From: Dehalococcoidia bacterium
GTDB lineage: Bacteria; Chloroflexota; Dehalococcoidia; Lucifugimonadales; UBA3495
Direction of reading: 5' to 3'
DNA: 64,000 bases
NCBI GenBank assembly: GCA_045562555.1
Contig: JBJKVO010000016.1
Location: 117,651 to 181,650, forward strand
This document shows, piece by piece, positions 50,214 to 58,779 of this stretch. How positions within the stretch are numbered: the first letter of the stretch is position 1; each line of letters starts with the position of its first letter. A model generated the notes under the pieces. It was not told the DNA's origin, did no database searches, and was given only the letters and a program-made list of their open reading frames with translations. The position numbers and the translations under genes are program-made.

Positions 50214-51452
50214 ATGAAAGTTCTTTTAATCGCCACAAACATGGAATCTCGAATGAATAACCGAATGAACGCTCAACCTCTGCCAATTGGGCTTGCGTAT
50301 ATCGGCGGTTTCGTAGACAAAACTTTACACACAGTTAGGCTTATCGATTTAATGTTCTCAGATGATTACAAATCTGAAGTTGCCAGACACATGGCAGAAT
50401 TTGAACCAGACGTAGTCGGTATCTCCCTACGCAACCTAAGCAACCACAGCTTTGTCGACACCAGATGGGCCGTTCCAATCACCCAGGAAGTCATTTCTAT
50501 CGTCAAAAAATGCAAGAATATCCCTGTAATCGCAGGAGGACCTGGTTTTAGCGCCTTGCCGGTACCTTGTTTTGATTATATCCATGCCGATTACGGGTTG
50601 GTCGGGGATTCTGGCGAAGCTTTCAATGCCTTGGTAACAGATTTAGAAAATAATTCTTTTTCCCCAAGTAAATACAAAGGGCTTTTATACCGAGATCAAA
50701 ATGAAACTATCTATGATGGAGGAGTATGCTCTTCTAGTTTCAATCCCAGGCCATACTATGAAGGTCTTAATCTTGAACAATATAATCGAGCAGGCTTTGG
50801 CATCGGTGTGTTGACCAAGCTAACAAGCTGGCAATACGGGCAAGGCCAACCTAGGGCTTCCAAAAAACCAGAAGCTATTATTGCCGAACTAAAAGAGTTG
50901 AGTGGACTGGATAATTTCAGGAAAGTGTTTTTCATAGACAATGCTTTTAATATCCCAGCAGACACAGCTACCGCTTTGTGCGAAGCACTCATAGAAGAAC
51001 AACTGGGCATTCACTGGAGCACCGTATTGTCGCCCAGCAACCCAGACCCGGCTCTCATTGACCTTATGAAACGTGCGGGATGTGTTTTCGCCTTAATCAC
51101 AGGGGACGAAACGATGTCGGTGGGCGCGGGGAGCATCTATGAAACATGCCATAATACTAACCTCGGATTCTCTGTGAACGTGGGATTTGGCGGAATAGGG
51201 GAAACCAAAACATCTTTCAATGAGAAAGTGAGCTTTTTGACACAAGCAAATGCGACTATTAGTTACTTGAGGTACGGAGTTAGCGTAATGCCAGGAACAC
51301 CCGAGTGCCAAGCAATGATAGCCAACGGATCTATTGCTTCCGATGCAGACTTGATAAAACCTCACTTCTATTTGGAACCAGAAGTGGAGCCCTGGTTGCT
51401 CAAAGAGCTGAATACCCTTGCAGGACAAAACCCTAAATGGAATCTTTCCTAA
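50214..51452 (+). CDS. Cobalamin-binding protein of radical-SAM architecture lacking CxxxCxxC
   Basis: PIGLAYI, PDVVGISLRN, GGPGFS (B12 domain), FFIDNAFN, MKRAGC and GE(T)..PGT (barrel). No Cys triad. Confidence 0.8.
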   Translation: MKVLLIATNMESRMNNRMNAQPLPIGLAYIGGFVDKTLHTVRLIDLMFSDDYKSEVARHMAEFEPDVVGISLRNLSNHSFVDTRWAVPITQEVISIVKKCKNIPVIAGGPGFSALPVPCFDYIHADYGLVGDSGEAFNALVTDLENNSFSPSKYKGLLYRDQNETIYDGGVCSSSFNPRPYYEGLNLEQYNRAGFGIGVLTKLTSWQYGQGQPRASKKPEAIIAELKELSGLDNFRKVFFIDNAFNIPADTATALCEALIEEQLGIHWSTVLSPSNPDPALIDLMKRAGCVFALITGDETMSVGAGSIYETCHNTNLGFSVNVGFGGIGETKTSFNEKVSFLTQANATISYLRYGVSVMPGTPECQAMIANGSIASDADLIKPHFYLEPEVEPWLLKELNTLAGQNPKWNLS

Positions 51453-51571
51453 CCTTTCAAGAACAGTTTTCATGCCTCCAAAATGTTCGATGATCTCTCT
51501 TAAAAACCTTATTCTCGGATATCCACGGCATATTTAAGCAATAATGCCTTCAAATTGGTACTCCAAAGGTA

Positions 51572-51600
51572 TTGACTTATCAATTCTTGCATTCTATGAT
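51572..51600 (+). promoter_or_regulatory. Near-consensus sigma70 promoter
   Basis: TTGACT-17bp-TATGAT. Confidence 0.7.
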
Positions 51601-51663
51601 TGCGGCGCGTAAATATTAGGCGTATAAATTAACTAAACCGTAACAGGAGGTTCGAGATTCGTT

Positions 51664-51840
51664 ATGGCCATCAGATTAAAGGGGTGCACCAAATGTAAAG
51701 GTGATCTCATATGGTCCGACTATGCATGGACATGCTGCCAATGTGGCAGAACTTATTATACTGAGATGCCGGAGCCGAACCTTTACAAACGCAAGACCTC
51801 TACAGCGGATGATCCTAATTTACAAGCGACAGGCAATTAA
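51664..51840 (+). CDS. Small Zn-ribbon protein (58 aa), absent from the supplied ORF track
   Basis: MAIRLKGCTKCKGDLIWSDYAWTCCQCGRTYYTEMPEPNLYKRKTSTADDPNLQATGN*, with AGGAGG RBS and a promoter upstream. Confidence 0.8.
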   Translation: MAIRLKGCTKCKGDLIWSDYAWTCCQCGRTYYTEMPEPNLYKRKTSTADDPNLQATGN

Positions 51841-51899
51841 GGTTTCCGGCAACCCAAATATTCTTACGAATGGTACTATTCGTACCATAGGAGATGTGC

Positions 51900-52688
51900 A
51901 TGCCAGGATTACCAGCCAATCTTGAACCGATAATAACAGGAGGGCAAAGCAATGTTTACAGAGCTCCTGACGGGGACTCCTTTATTGCCGTAAAAACCAA
52001 CCAAATTGGGCGTCCTTCCTCCTCCGCTGCGTTCAACCGTGAGGTAGGAATACTACAGCGAATCGCCTCCCATCCGAACATCATTAACGTAATTGATTCA
52101 GGAAAAATGGGCGACGTCTCGTATTACACAATGAGCTGGGTTGATCACTCGTTGGCAGACTACATAGGAAGGGCCGATTACATCAAACCGCAGTTGAGGC
52201 GCATATTCCAAGACATTTGCAGTGCAATTGCCCATATTCACAATCACGGGATTCTGCATCTTGACATCAACCCTTCCAACATTTTATTGACCGAGGATTT
52301 AATCCCTGTTGTGATAGACTTCGGGCTCTCGAGGGAACTCGGTTCTCCTAGTCCTGCCTTTTCGCGTATTCCTCAAGGCACATACCGATATATGCCACCA
52401 GAGGTGTGGGCTAGTCACATTCCTAGTGCAGCGTCGGATATTTACTCAGTGGGAATGACCATATTTCATCTTTTAACTGGTAGCCTGCCCTTTGACGCTA
52501 CTAGCATTCCTAACATTATGGAAGCGCACAAACATATTACACATCCTATGTTGCCGCTTAACAGCCAATGGGCAAGTCTTAACTATTGGTTTTCTAAATC
52601 CATCACAAGGAACCCCGTAGACAGGTTTTTCAACGTCAAAGAGTCAGCGAAGGAATTAGACCGTGCTCTAGGGACACTATTCGGTTAA
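51900..52688 (+). CDS. Hanks-type Ser/Thr protein kinase, catalytic domain only, atypical catalytic loop
   Basis: IAVK, HLDINPSN, DFG, GTYRYMPPE and SDIYSVG motifs. Confidence 0.85.
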   Translation: MPGLPANLEPIITGGQSNVYRAPDGDSFIAVKTNQIGRPSSSAAFNREVGILQRIASHPNIINVIDSGKMGDVSYYTMSWVDHSLADYIGRADYIKPQLRRIFQDICSAIAHIHNHGILHLDINPSNILLTEDLIPVVIDFGLSRELGSPSPAFSRIPQGTYRYMPPEVWASHIPSAASDIYSVGMTIFHLLTGSLPFDATSIPNIMEAHKHITHPMLPLNSQWASLNYWFSKSITRNPVDRFFNVKESAKELDRALGTLFG

Positions 52689-53455
52689 AAAGGTAGGCTA
52701 AACTGAGATTGGGTTTGTTGAATAAGGTCAGGAGTTCTCGCTGCGTTCGTTTCAGCGTAAGAACAGAATTTACATTCACTGTTAAAATTGGGAACCGTGT
52801 CACTGTTCAGCACATTCCACGCAGACAGGACTGCATTCTCTACCCATTTGTTATTTAATCTGTCGTGTACCAATCTCACGTCAAACAACAGATGACCACC
52901 AAACTCAGGCAGCGTCTTTTTAGCGTTAGCGTAAACTAACACCCCTTGATTCGTTACTTCGAGGCCTTGTTTTGCTACTAGGTACTGATAAAATTCCAAC
53001 TGCCTCCAGTAACCAGGATATACATTATTTACTGCAACATCATCTTTCTTGGAGGTGCTTTTGTAATCGACTACTATGTAAACATCATTTATCGTGTCGT
53101 ACCATAGGTCATCAATTGCCCCGAATAAAATAAAATTAGTTGCTTGGTGCAAAAACCTGACTCCTTTGAAATTATAACGCCACGTTTCCAAGTCAGGACG
53201 CTCCACAGGTACAAGTCCTTCTCTCAAAGTATCCATGAGCGGGTGTGGCTTTTGCATTACTCGGTACTGGTCGAATTCCTTTTTGAAGAGTACATCTACC
53301 GCGGAATTAAGCAAGTAAGGCGGACCGGAAGGGCGTCCGATGCCTAGTTTTACATCCAAATAGAAACACCTGGAGCACTCTACAGATAAATCTATTTTTG
53401 TCCTGCTTAAAGGAAAAGGCTCTGGATTATTAGCTGTGTACAGTCGTTTTGCCAT
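52685..53455 (-). CDS. PD-(D/E)XK nuclease family protein (AddB/Cas4-like)
   Basis: LSRTK..CSRCFY, GAIDDLW, VDYKST, QLEFY and C-terminal CKFC motifs. Confidence 0.85.
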   Translation of the reverse strand: MAKRLYTANNPEPFPLSRTKIDLSVECSRCFYLDVKLGIGRPSGPPYLLNSAVDVLFKKEFDQYRVMQKPHPLMDTLREGLVPVERPDLETWRYNFKGVRFLHQATNFILFGAIDDLWYDTINDVYIVVDYKSTSKKDDVAVNNVYPGYWRQLEFYQYLVAKQGLEVTNQGVLVYANAKKTLPEFGGHLLFDVRLVHDRLNNKWVENAVLSAWNVLNSDTVPNFNSECKFCSYAETNAARTPDLIQQTQSQFSLPF

Positions 53456-53466
53456 GTTTCTACTCC

Positions 53467-54387
53467 TTACACCCAAGCGTTGATAGAATCTGATGCTTCC
53501 TTGATGGCAATACTCGCCTTGTCTAAAGCGGGAGCCATACTGAAGAACCCGTGAACTACCCCATCATACCGTGTAACCGTGACTGGAATTCCGTTTTCTT
53601 TCAGTTTCTGTGCATAAGCTTCCCCTTCATCTCTTAAAGGGTCAAATTCAGCGGTGATGACCAAAGCTGGAGGAAGATTAGTTAAGTCAGGGGTCTTGAT
53701 AGGGACTGCTAACGGGTTTTCACTCTCAGAGAGATCAGAAAGGTAATGATCCCAAAACCACATCATTCCATTTCTTGTCAATGAGTAACCCTCTCCGTTG
53801 GCACGGTACGACTCGTTATCAAAATCATAGTCTGTGACTGGGTATACCAGGAGCTGGAATTTGATTGAAGGTCCATCATTGTCCCTGGCTAATATAGACA
53901 TTACAGTTGCAAGATTCCCTCCAGCGCTATCCCCTCCTACAGCAATCCGAGTTACGTCACCACCATAAACATCGCCCTGTTTAGAAGCCCAATCCGTCAC
54001 TGCGTAGCAGTCTTCCACAGGGCCTGGGAATTTGGTCTCGGGAGCCAATCTATAGTCAACCGACATAACCACACAATTAGATTCCACGCACAACCTTCTA
54101 GCTAGAGGGTCAGCAGTTTCTATGTTACCCAAAACCCAACCGCCCCCGTGAAACCAGACAAGAATGGGATGTGGACCGCTTCCAACTGGCTCGTAAACTC
54201 TTACAGGAATTGCAACCCCGCCAGCCTCAACAGATACTTCGGAAACCTTACCTACTTCAGGACCCGGAGGAGCAGGTCTGGTTTTGCGCCATTCACGTGC
54301 TTCTTCTGGAGTCAGAGTTTCATTAGGAGGAATGTTAAGTCCTTCTAACATGTCCAAAATATTTTTCATCTGTGGGTCTAACGGCAT
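53467..54387 (-). CDS. HSL-family esterase/lipase (alpha/beta hydrolase)
   Basis: HGGGW, DYRLAPE, GDSAGG, DPLRDEG and HGF motifs. Confidence 0.95.
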   Translation of the reverse strand: MPLDPQMKNILDMLEGLNIPPNETLTPEEAREWRKTRPAPPGPEVGKVSEVSVEAGGVAIPVRVYEPVGSGPHPILVWFHGGGWVLGNIETADPLARRLCVESNCVVMSVDYRLAPETKFPGPVEDCYAVTDWASKQGDVYGGDVTRIAVGGDSAGGNLATVMSILARDNDGPSIKFQLLVYPVTDYDFDNESYRANGEGYSLTRNGMMWFWDHYLSDLSESENPLAVPIKTPDLTNLPPALVITAEFDPLRDEGEAYAQKLKENGIPVTVTRYDGVVHGFFSMAPALDKASIAIKEASDSINAWV

Positions 54388-54467
54388 ATAAACCTCCTAT
54401 CCAACCAAGGACAGCTTAACATAATACCTATTCTAGAAGTAAGGAGTAGTAGTCCTTGTATTCCTTA

Positions 54468-55518
54468 TTAATATTCGAGTATTGCCCTGCCGAAAATTTG
54501 TCCAGATTCTAGATCGTGACAAGCTTCGTTAATTTGTTCTAGTGAATATCTCTTTGTTATCATCTTGTCTAATGGAAATTTCCCTTCCTCGTACCACCTT
54601 AAGAATAATTCGAAGTCTCTTTCAGGGTATGTTGCACCTAAACTGCCTCTGTAGGTGCGTTGTCCTCTCACGAAAAGAGACGGGTCAATAGTGATCTTTT
54701 GGTTCGGGATTCCGATTAAAACAGCTGTTCCCCCGTGATTTTCTGCGCCCATCGCTCCCCCTCGGACAGACGGAAGGATTTGCTCGTTAGTAGCTTTAAC
54801 TCCTATGGCATCAAACGCATAATCAGCTCCACCTTTGGTAATATCTATCACAGCATCAACGGGATCGGTGTTCAACGCGTTGACGACATGCGTAGCGCCG
54901 AATTCTTTTGCGAATTCTAGTTTTTTATCATCCAAGTCTACCGCGATTACGGGATTTGCTTCTAAAATACTAGCCATTTGGATAGCCGAGAGTCCCACTC
55001 CTCCTACGCCATAAACCACGACAGAATCACCAGGTCGAACATTTGCCGTATTCAAAACTGCGCCAGCTCCTGTGAGGATAGCGCATCCAACGATGCATGT
55101 CACATCGGTTGGATATTTTTTATCTATTGGTACGACGTATTGTTCATTCACAAGAACGTCTTTCCCCCAAGTGTACACTTGGCCATTAACGGGTTCTTCA
55201 CGATATGTTACTCCAGAAGCAACAGATGCAGGCCTTCCTCGGACAGGATTCCTAGGGACCCAAGTTACGATGACGTTATCCCCTTCTTTTACATGGTCCA
55301 CATCTTTTCCGACGTGGGAAACAATACCAGTACCTTCATGACCCAGCATCCATGGTCTTGGGAGGTCAGGTTGGTGAATTTGATGAAGTTGAGAATGGCA
55401 AACCGCCGCTGGATATTAATTTGACAATAACTTGATCCGGTCTCGGGTCTGGTATTTCTATTTCGTCGACCACCAAGTCTTTTCCAATTTCTAGATTGAT
55501 CGCTGCTACACTTTTCAT
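54468..55518 (-). pseudogene. Zn-dependent alcohol dehydrogenase with one frameshift near 55404, probably a sequencing error
   Basis: N-terminus MKSVAAINLEIGKDLVVDEIEIPDPRPDQVIVKLISSG is followed by an extra G, then VCHSQLHQ..MLGHEG in the frame of ORF 54468-55349. GVGGVG Rossmann motif present. Confidence 0.85.
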
Positions 55519-55631
55519 ATGCGTCCTCCAACAAACTTTACAACATCCTAATACTGCGATCTCGGTCCGTCAAACTGCCATTCGAGAACATGGTATTATC
55601 CTTCAAGTATTCAAATTAAAAGGATTCAGTA

Positions 55632-56921
55632 TTGTTCAAAAAATTGTATGCGTGGAACCCTAAATTTCCCTTTTACTACGGATGGGCAATCCTGGCAGCA
55701 TCTTTTTTCTCAACCTTCGCCGCAACATCTGTCGCCCAAGTAGTCTTAGGGGGAGTCCAAGTTTTTATTTTGGCAAGATACAGGATGGACAGGAGACTGA
55801 ATTCTCCCATAACCATAGCAATAGGGACGTGGCTATCAGGGTTTGTAAGCCCGATTGTTGGAACAATATGCGGACAAGTACGGGCTAGGCAGATGATGCC
55901 TATAGCTTTATTGGTTGTAGCCATATGTTATTTCGTTATTGGGGGTGTGCCTGCGTTTCTATCTTTCGGTGTAGCTTATATAGTTGCGCGAACTGTCACT
56001 CAGCCCATATTAATAAATGTCGTTCCTAGGACAGTCACTGTTAATTTCTTCCGGAGACGCAGAAACATCGCGCTGTCTTTAGTAACTATGTCCAGGCCAG
56101 TAGCTGGAGCATTTAATATTCATCTCATTTCTTACGTCACAAGACATTACGGATGGAGGAATGCCTACCACATCTTGGGGGTGTTTAGCCTGGTATTAAC
56201 CATTCCTTTGTTCTTTATAATGAGGAAAACCCCGGAAGAAATTGGATTGAGTCCTGACCAGGAATATCCCACTGACGGCGGTCCAGATTCTACATCAATA
56301 TCTGCCCCGGAATACAGCTGGATGTTTAGTGACGCTGTTAAGACCAAATCATTTTGGTTGCTGGCCGTAGTAACATCCTTGGTGACATTATCCTCGTCCA
56401 GTGTTCAATTCACCCTAGTTCCATATTATGTCGAAACCTTAGGACTCTCAAAAATTCAAGCTGCGTCCATCTTTAGCCTTGGCACGGTTCTGGCTTTATC
56501 CAATTTGCTATGGGCTATGTTAGCCGACAGGTTTAGCCCTCGGCGAATCTTGGTATGCAATTTGGTCGTAGCGGGGATTTTATTGATTGGGTTGATGAAT
56601 ATTACAAATAGTTGGGAAGCTTGGTTATTCGCCGTTTAATGGGGTGTTTTCTCTGGAGCCGCTGGCACGTTAGAACAAATGGTATTGGCACAATATTTTG
56701 GCAGAGGATCTTACGGAACTATCACGGGGGCTATCGGCCCTATGCAAATCACCGCCTTGGGTTGCGGTCCAGCTCTCGGGGCTATCATCCATAGTATTAC
56801 CGGTTCATATTATTTACTGTACGTAATGATTACTGTGACATATATCAGCTGTTCAGTGTTAGCTATTCTAGCCAGGCAGCCATCTTTACCAGTACATCAC
56901 TTGCCAGAAAAACAGTCATGA
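55632..56921 (+). pseudogene. MFS transporter with multiple indels, probably sequencing errors
   Basis: Frameshift near 56637 joins the 335-aa ORF to WGVFSGAAGTLEQMVLAQYFGR. Out-of-frame DTGW and ADKYG motifs near 55775-55890 imply compensating indels. Confidence 0.8.
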
Positions 56922-58675
56922 CTCCAAATTAGCTGTCGTTCCATCGTCGGCCTCTCTCCAGGGGGGGGCGTATATTCTTGCATGAAATAAAGATCAAAGG
57001 TTTCCAACGAATTTGCTCCGGAGATCCCACCACCGTACCATTCTCTACATAGATACTTGCCGTAGTAAATTCTTTGATCCATTTGTCTTTCTTTCTTTAT
57101 ATTTACTAAATATTTACGCCATCGATTGTTATCGTAAGTTTCAGCCACATGGCTGGGTTTTTCCCAGTCTATTACCTTGCCTGTACGAACATCAACTTGG
57201 GAACCATCACTGAGAGTTCCAGGAGCAACTAACCAGCCATCAGTTCTTATCGGGTGAGGCGCAAACATACTCCATTTTTGACCTATTCTCGTAGCAGAAC
57301 CAACATGAGATATTAAAGCAGGCTTATCAAAATCCAACTGACGAACATTTCCAATATTCCAATACACAACAAATACAATAAGACACGCACTCACAAGACT
57401 GAGCAGTAATCCTAGTTTTACCCGATAATTGTTATAGCGCATCATAGAGGTGACTCTGGAGTAACTGCTTCGGTGAGACGAGATATGAGAGTATAAAAGA
57501 TCCCCCCCCTTTTTTAACACGCGGATCCGTAATACCGGAACCAACCACGAAAAATAATAGCTCTGACCGACAGCATAAACAACCGCATCCCATTTTGTGA
57601 GTAAACCTTTATTATTTCTGCGGATAACCCACGTGTTATTCTCTTCAAAAATTGCGTTGATCTGAGTGTCTGATTGAGCTTCTTTTATAGGAGTTGCATC
57701 CAAGAACAAGAAGGTTTTAAACATTAGCACCGTTTTGATGCAAAAATCACAACCTCCATCGTAGTACATAATAAAAGGTTCTCTGCCGCGCTTCCGTCTT
57801 CTTTCCAAGTAGTCCCAGAACCCCCCAGGAGTTAACGCCAACCAGGAAACAATAGACACGTATGGGAAATACCCGATGTTTAAGGTGAGAGCTATGCCAA
57901 TATGGAACATTACAAAAAACATAATGACTATGGCTCTCATTTGTTGAGTCCAAAACGGTATGAGCAATAGTACAGGCCCAATCACCTGAAACATATGAAT
58001 AGTCATTGTTAAAAATTGCGTTAGGCCCAGAAAATTCCTCAAAACCTTGCCCAGATGAGTAACAAACATGTCTGCGTGCAATGCGTAATATAAGGCTGTG
58101 TGGTCTAGTATCCAAACAGGATCCAGTTTGTTTAGCCAGTTAAACACGTAAACGCATATGACTTGAATGATCAGACCAGCGGAGGCTACGCTGCTAATCT
58201 GATTAGGGATATCATAACTCGAAGTGTTCAGCGCTCTGTCCACAGAATACCTAGCTCCAAGGGGAAGAAATATGGACCACATCAAAAGCACACTCAGCAA
58301 AGAATCCCCGCCAGTTATGATCAAAGGGTTCCTAGAATGGAGTGAAATAATGAGGAGCCAGGCCACCACAGTCACAAACCTTGTTTTAAACCCTATGATC
58401 AGAGCAAATCCTATGACAATTTGCAAAAGCATAAGGGCTAGAATAAATGGTGTGCTCCCGCCTAGGAAGTATGCCGAAATACCGAATTCTGACAATAAGT
58501 TAGATGCTGGATCTATCAATATGTGTCTAGGCAGTACTCCTTGGTCTGTGTAATGCGCTTTCAAGTCACCTAACCGGAGAATCGTGTCTATAACTACCAG
58601 AAAGCCTAATGAAATCCGGAATAATGCCAAAGATCTTAAATCTAAGCCAAATATTCGATTTAGATAGGAATACAT
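56897..58675 (-). CDS. HTTM-domain membrane protein with an inserted DCC1/DUF393 thiol-disulfide domain
   Basis: DLRSLALFRI, RNP..GGD, FHIGI (HTTM), YDGGCDFC (DxxCxxC) and QKWSMFAP motifs. Confidence 0.85.
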   Translation of the reverse strand: MYSYLNRIFGLDLRSLALFRISLGFLVVIDTILRLGDLKAHYTDQGVLPRHILIDPASNLLSEFGISAYFLGGSTPFILALMLLQIVIGFALIIGFKTRFVTVVAWLLIISLHSRNPLIITGGDSLLSVLLMWSIFLPLGARYSVDRALNTSSYDIPNQISSVASAGLIIQVICVYVFNWLNKLDPVWILDHTALYYALHADMFVTHLGKVLRNFLGLTQFLTMTIHMFQVIGPVLLLIPFWTQQMRAIVIMFFVMFHIGIALTLNIGYFPYVSIVSWLALTPGGFWDYLERRRKRGREPFIMYYDGGCDFCIKTVLMFKTFLFLDATPIKEAQSDTQINAIFEENNTWVIRRNNKGLLTKWDAVVYAVGQSYYFSWLVPVLRIRVLKKGGDLLYSHISSHRSSYSRVTSMMRYNNYRVKLGLLLSLVSACLIVFVVYWNIGNVRQLDFDKPALISHVGSATRIGQKWSMFAPHPIRTDGWLVAPGTLSDGSQVDVRTGKVIDWEKPSHVAETYDNNRWRKYLVNIKKERQMDQRIYYGKYLCREWYGGGISGANSLETFDLYFMQEYTPPPGERPTMERQLIWSHDCFSGK

Positions 58676-58779
58676 TTTAGCCTATGTCCCTTCATTTGTG
58701 TGCCTCAAGCATATTTACAGATACCCATATTTATGTGATATTACGCAAACAATTATAAACCATATATAGGGGGATTACA

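Noticed and set aside
51453-51663. Riboswitch or ncRNA in the largest intergenic gaps (also 24105-24219 and 44349-44498)
   Set aside because: No cobalamin, TPP, SAM or FMN riboswitch consensus was recognisable by eye. The regions are explained by promoters or a terminator. An Rfam/Infernal scan would be decisive.
51701-51925. 74-aa ORF in the supplied track
   Set aside because: It overlaps in another frame the better-supported Zn-ribbon ORF 51664-51840, which has an RBS, promoter and Cys motif
52685-53455. Cas4 / CRISPR locus
   Set aside because: No other cas genes and no repeat-spacer array seen in the window
56955-57520. G8 (56961-56968) and C8/T6 (about 57502-57515) runs as phase-variable tracts
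   Set aside because: Both are in frame within the intact HTTM gene (PPP and KKGG codons), with no sign of slippage
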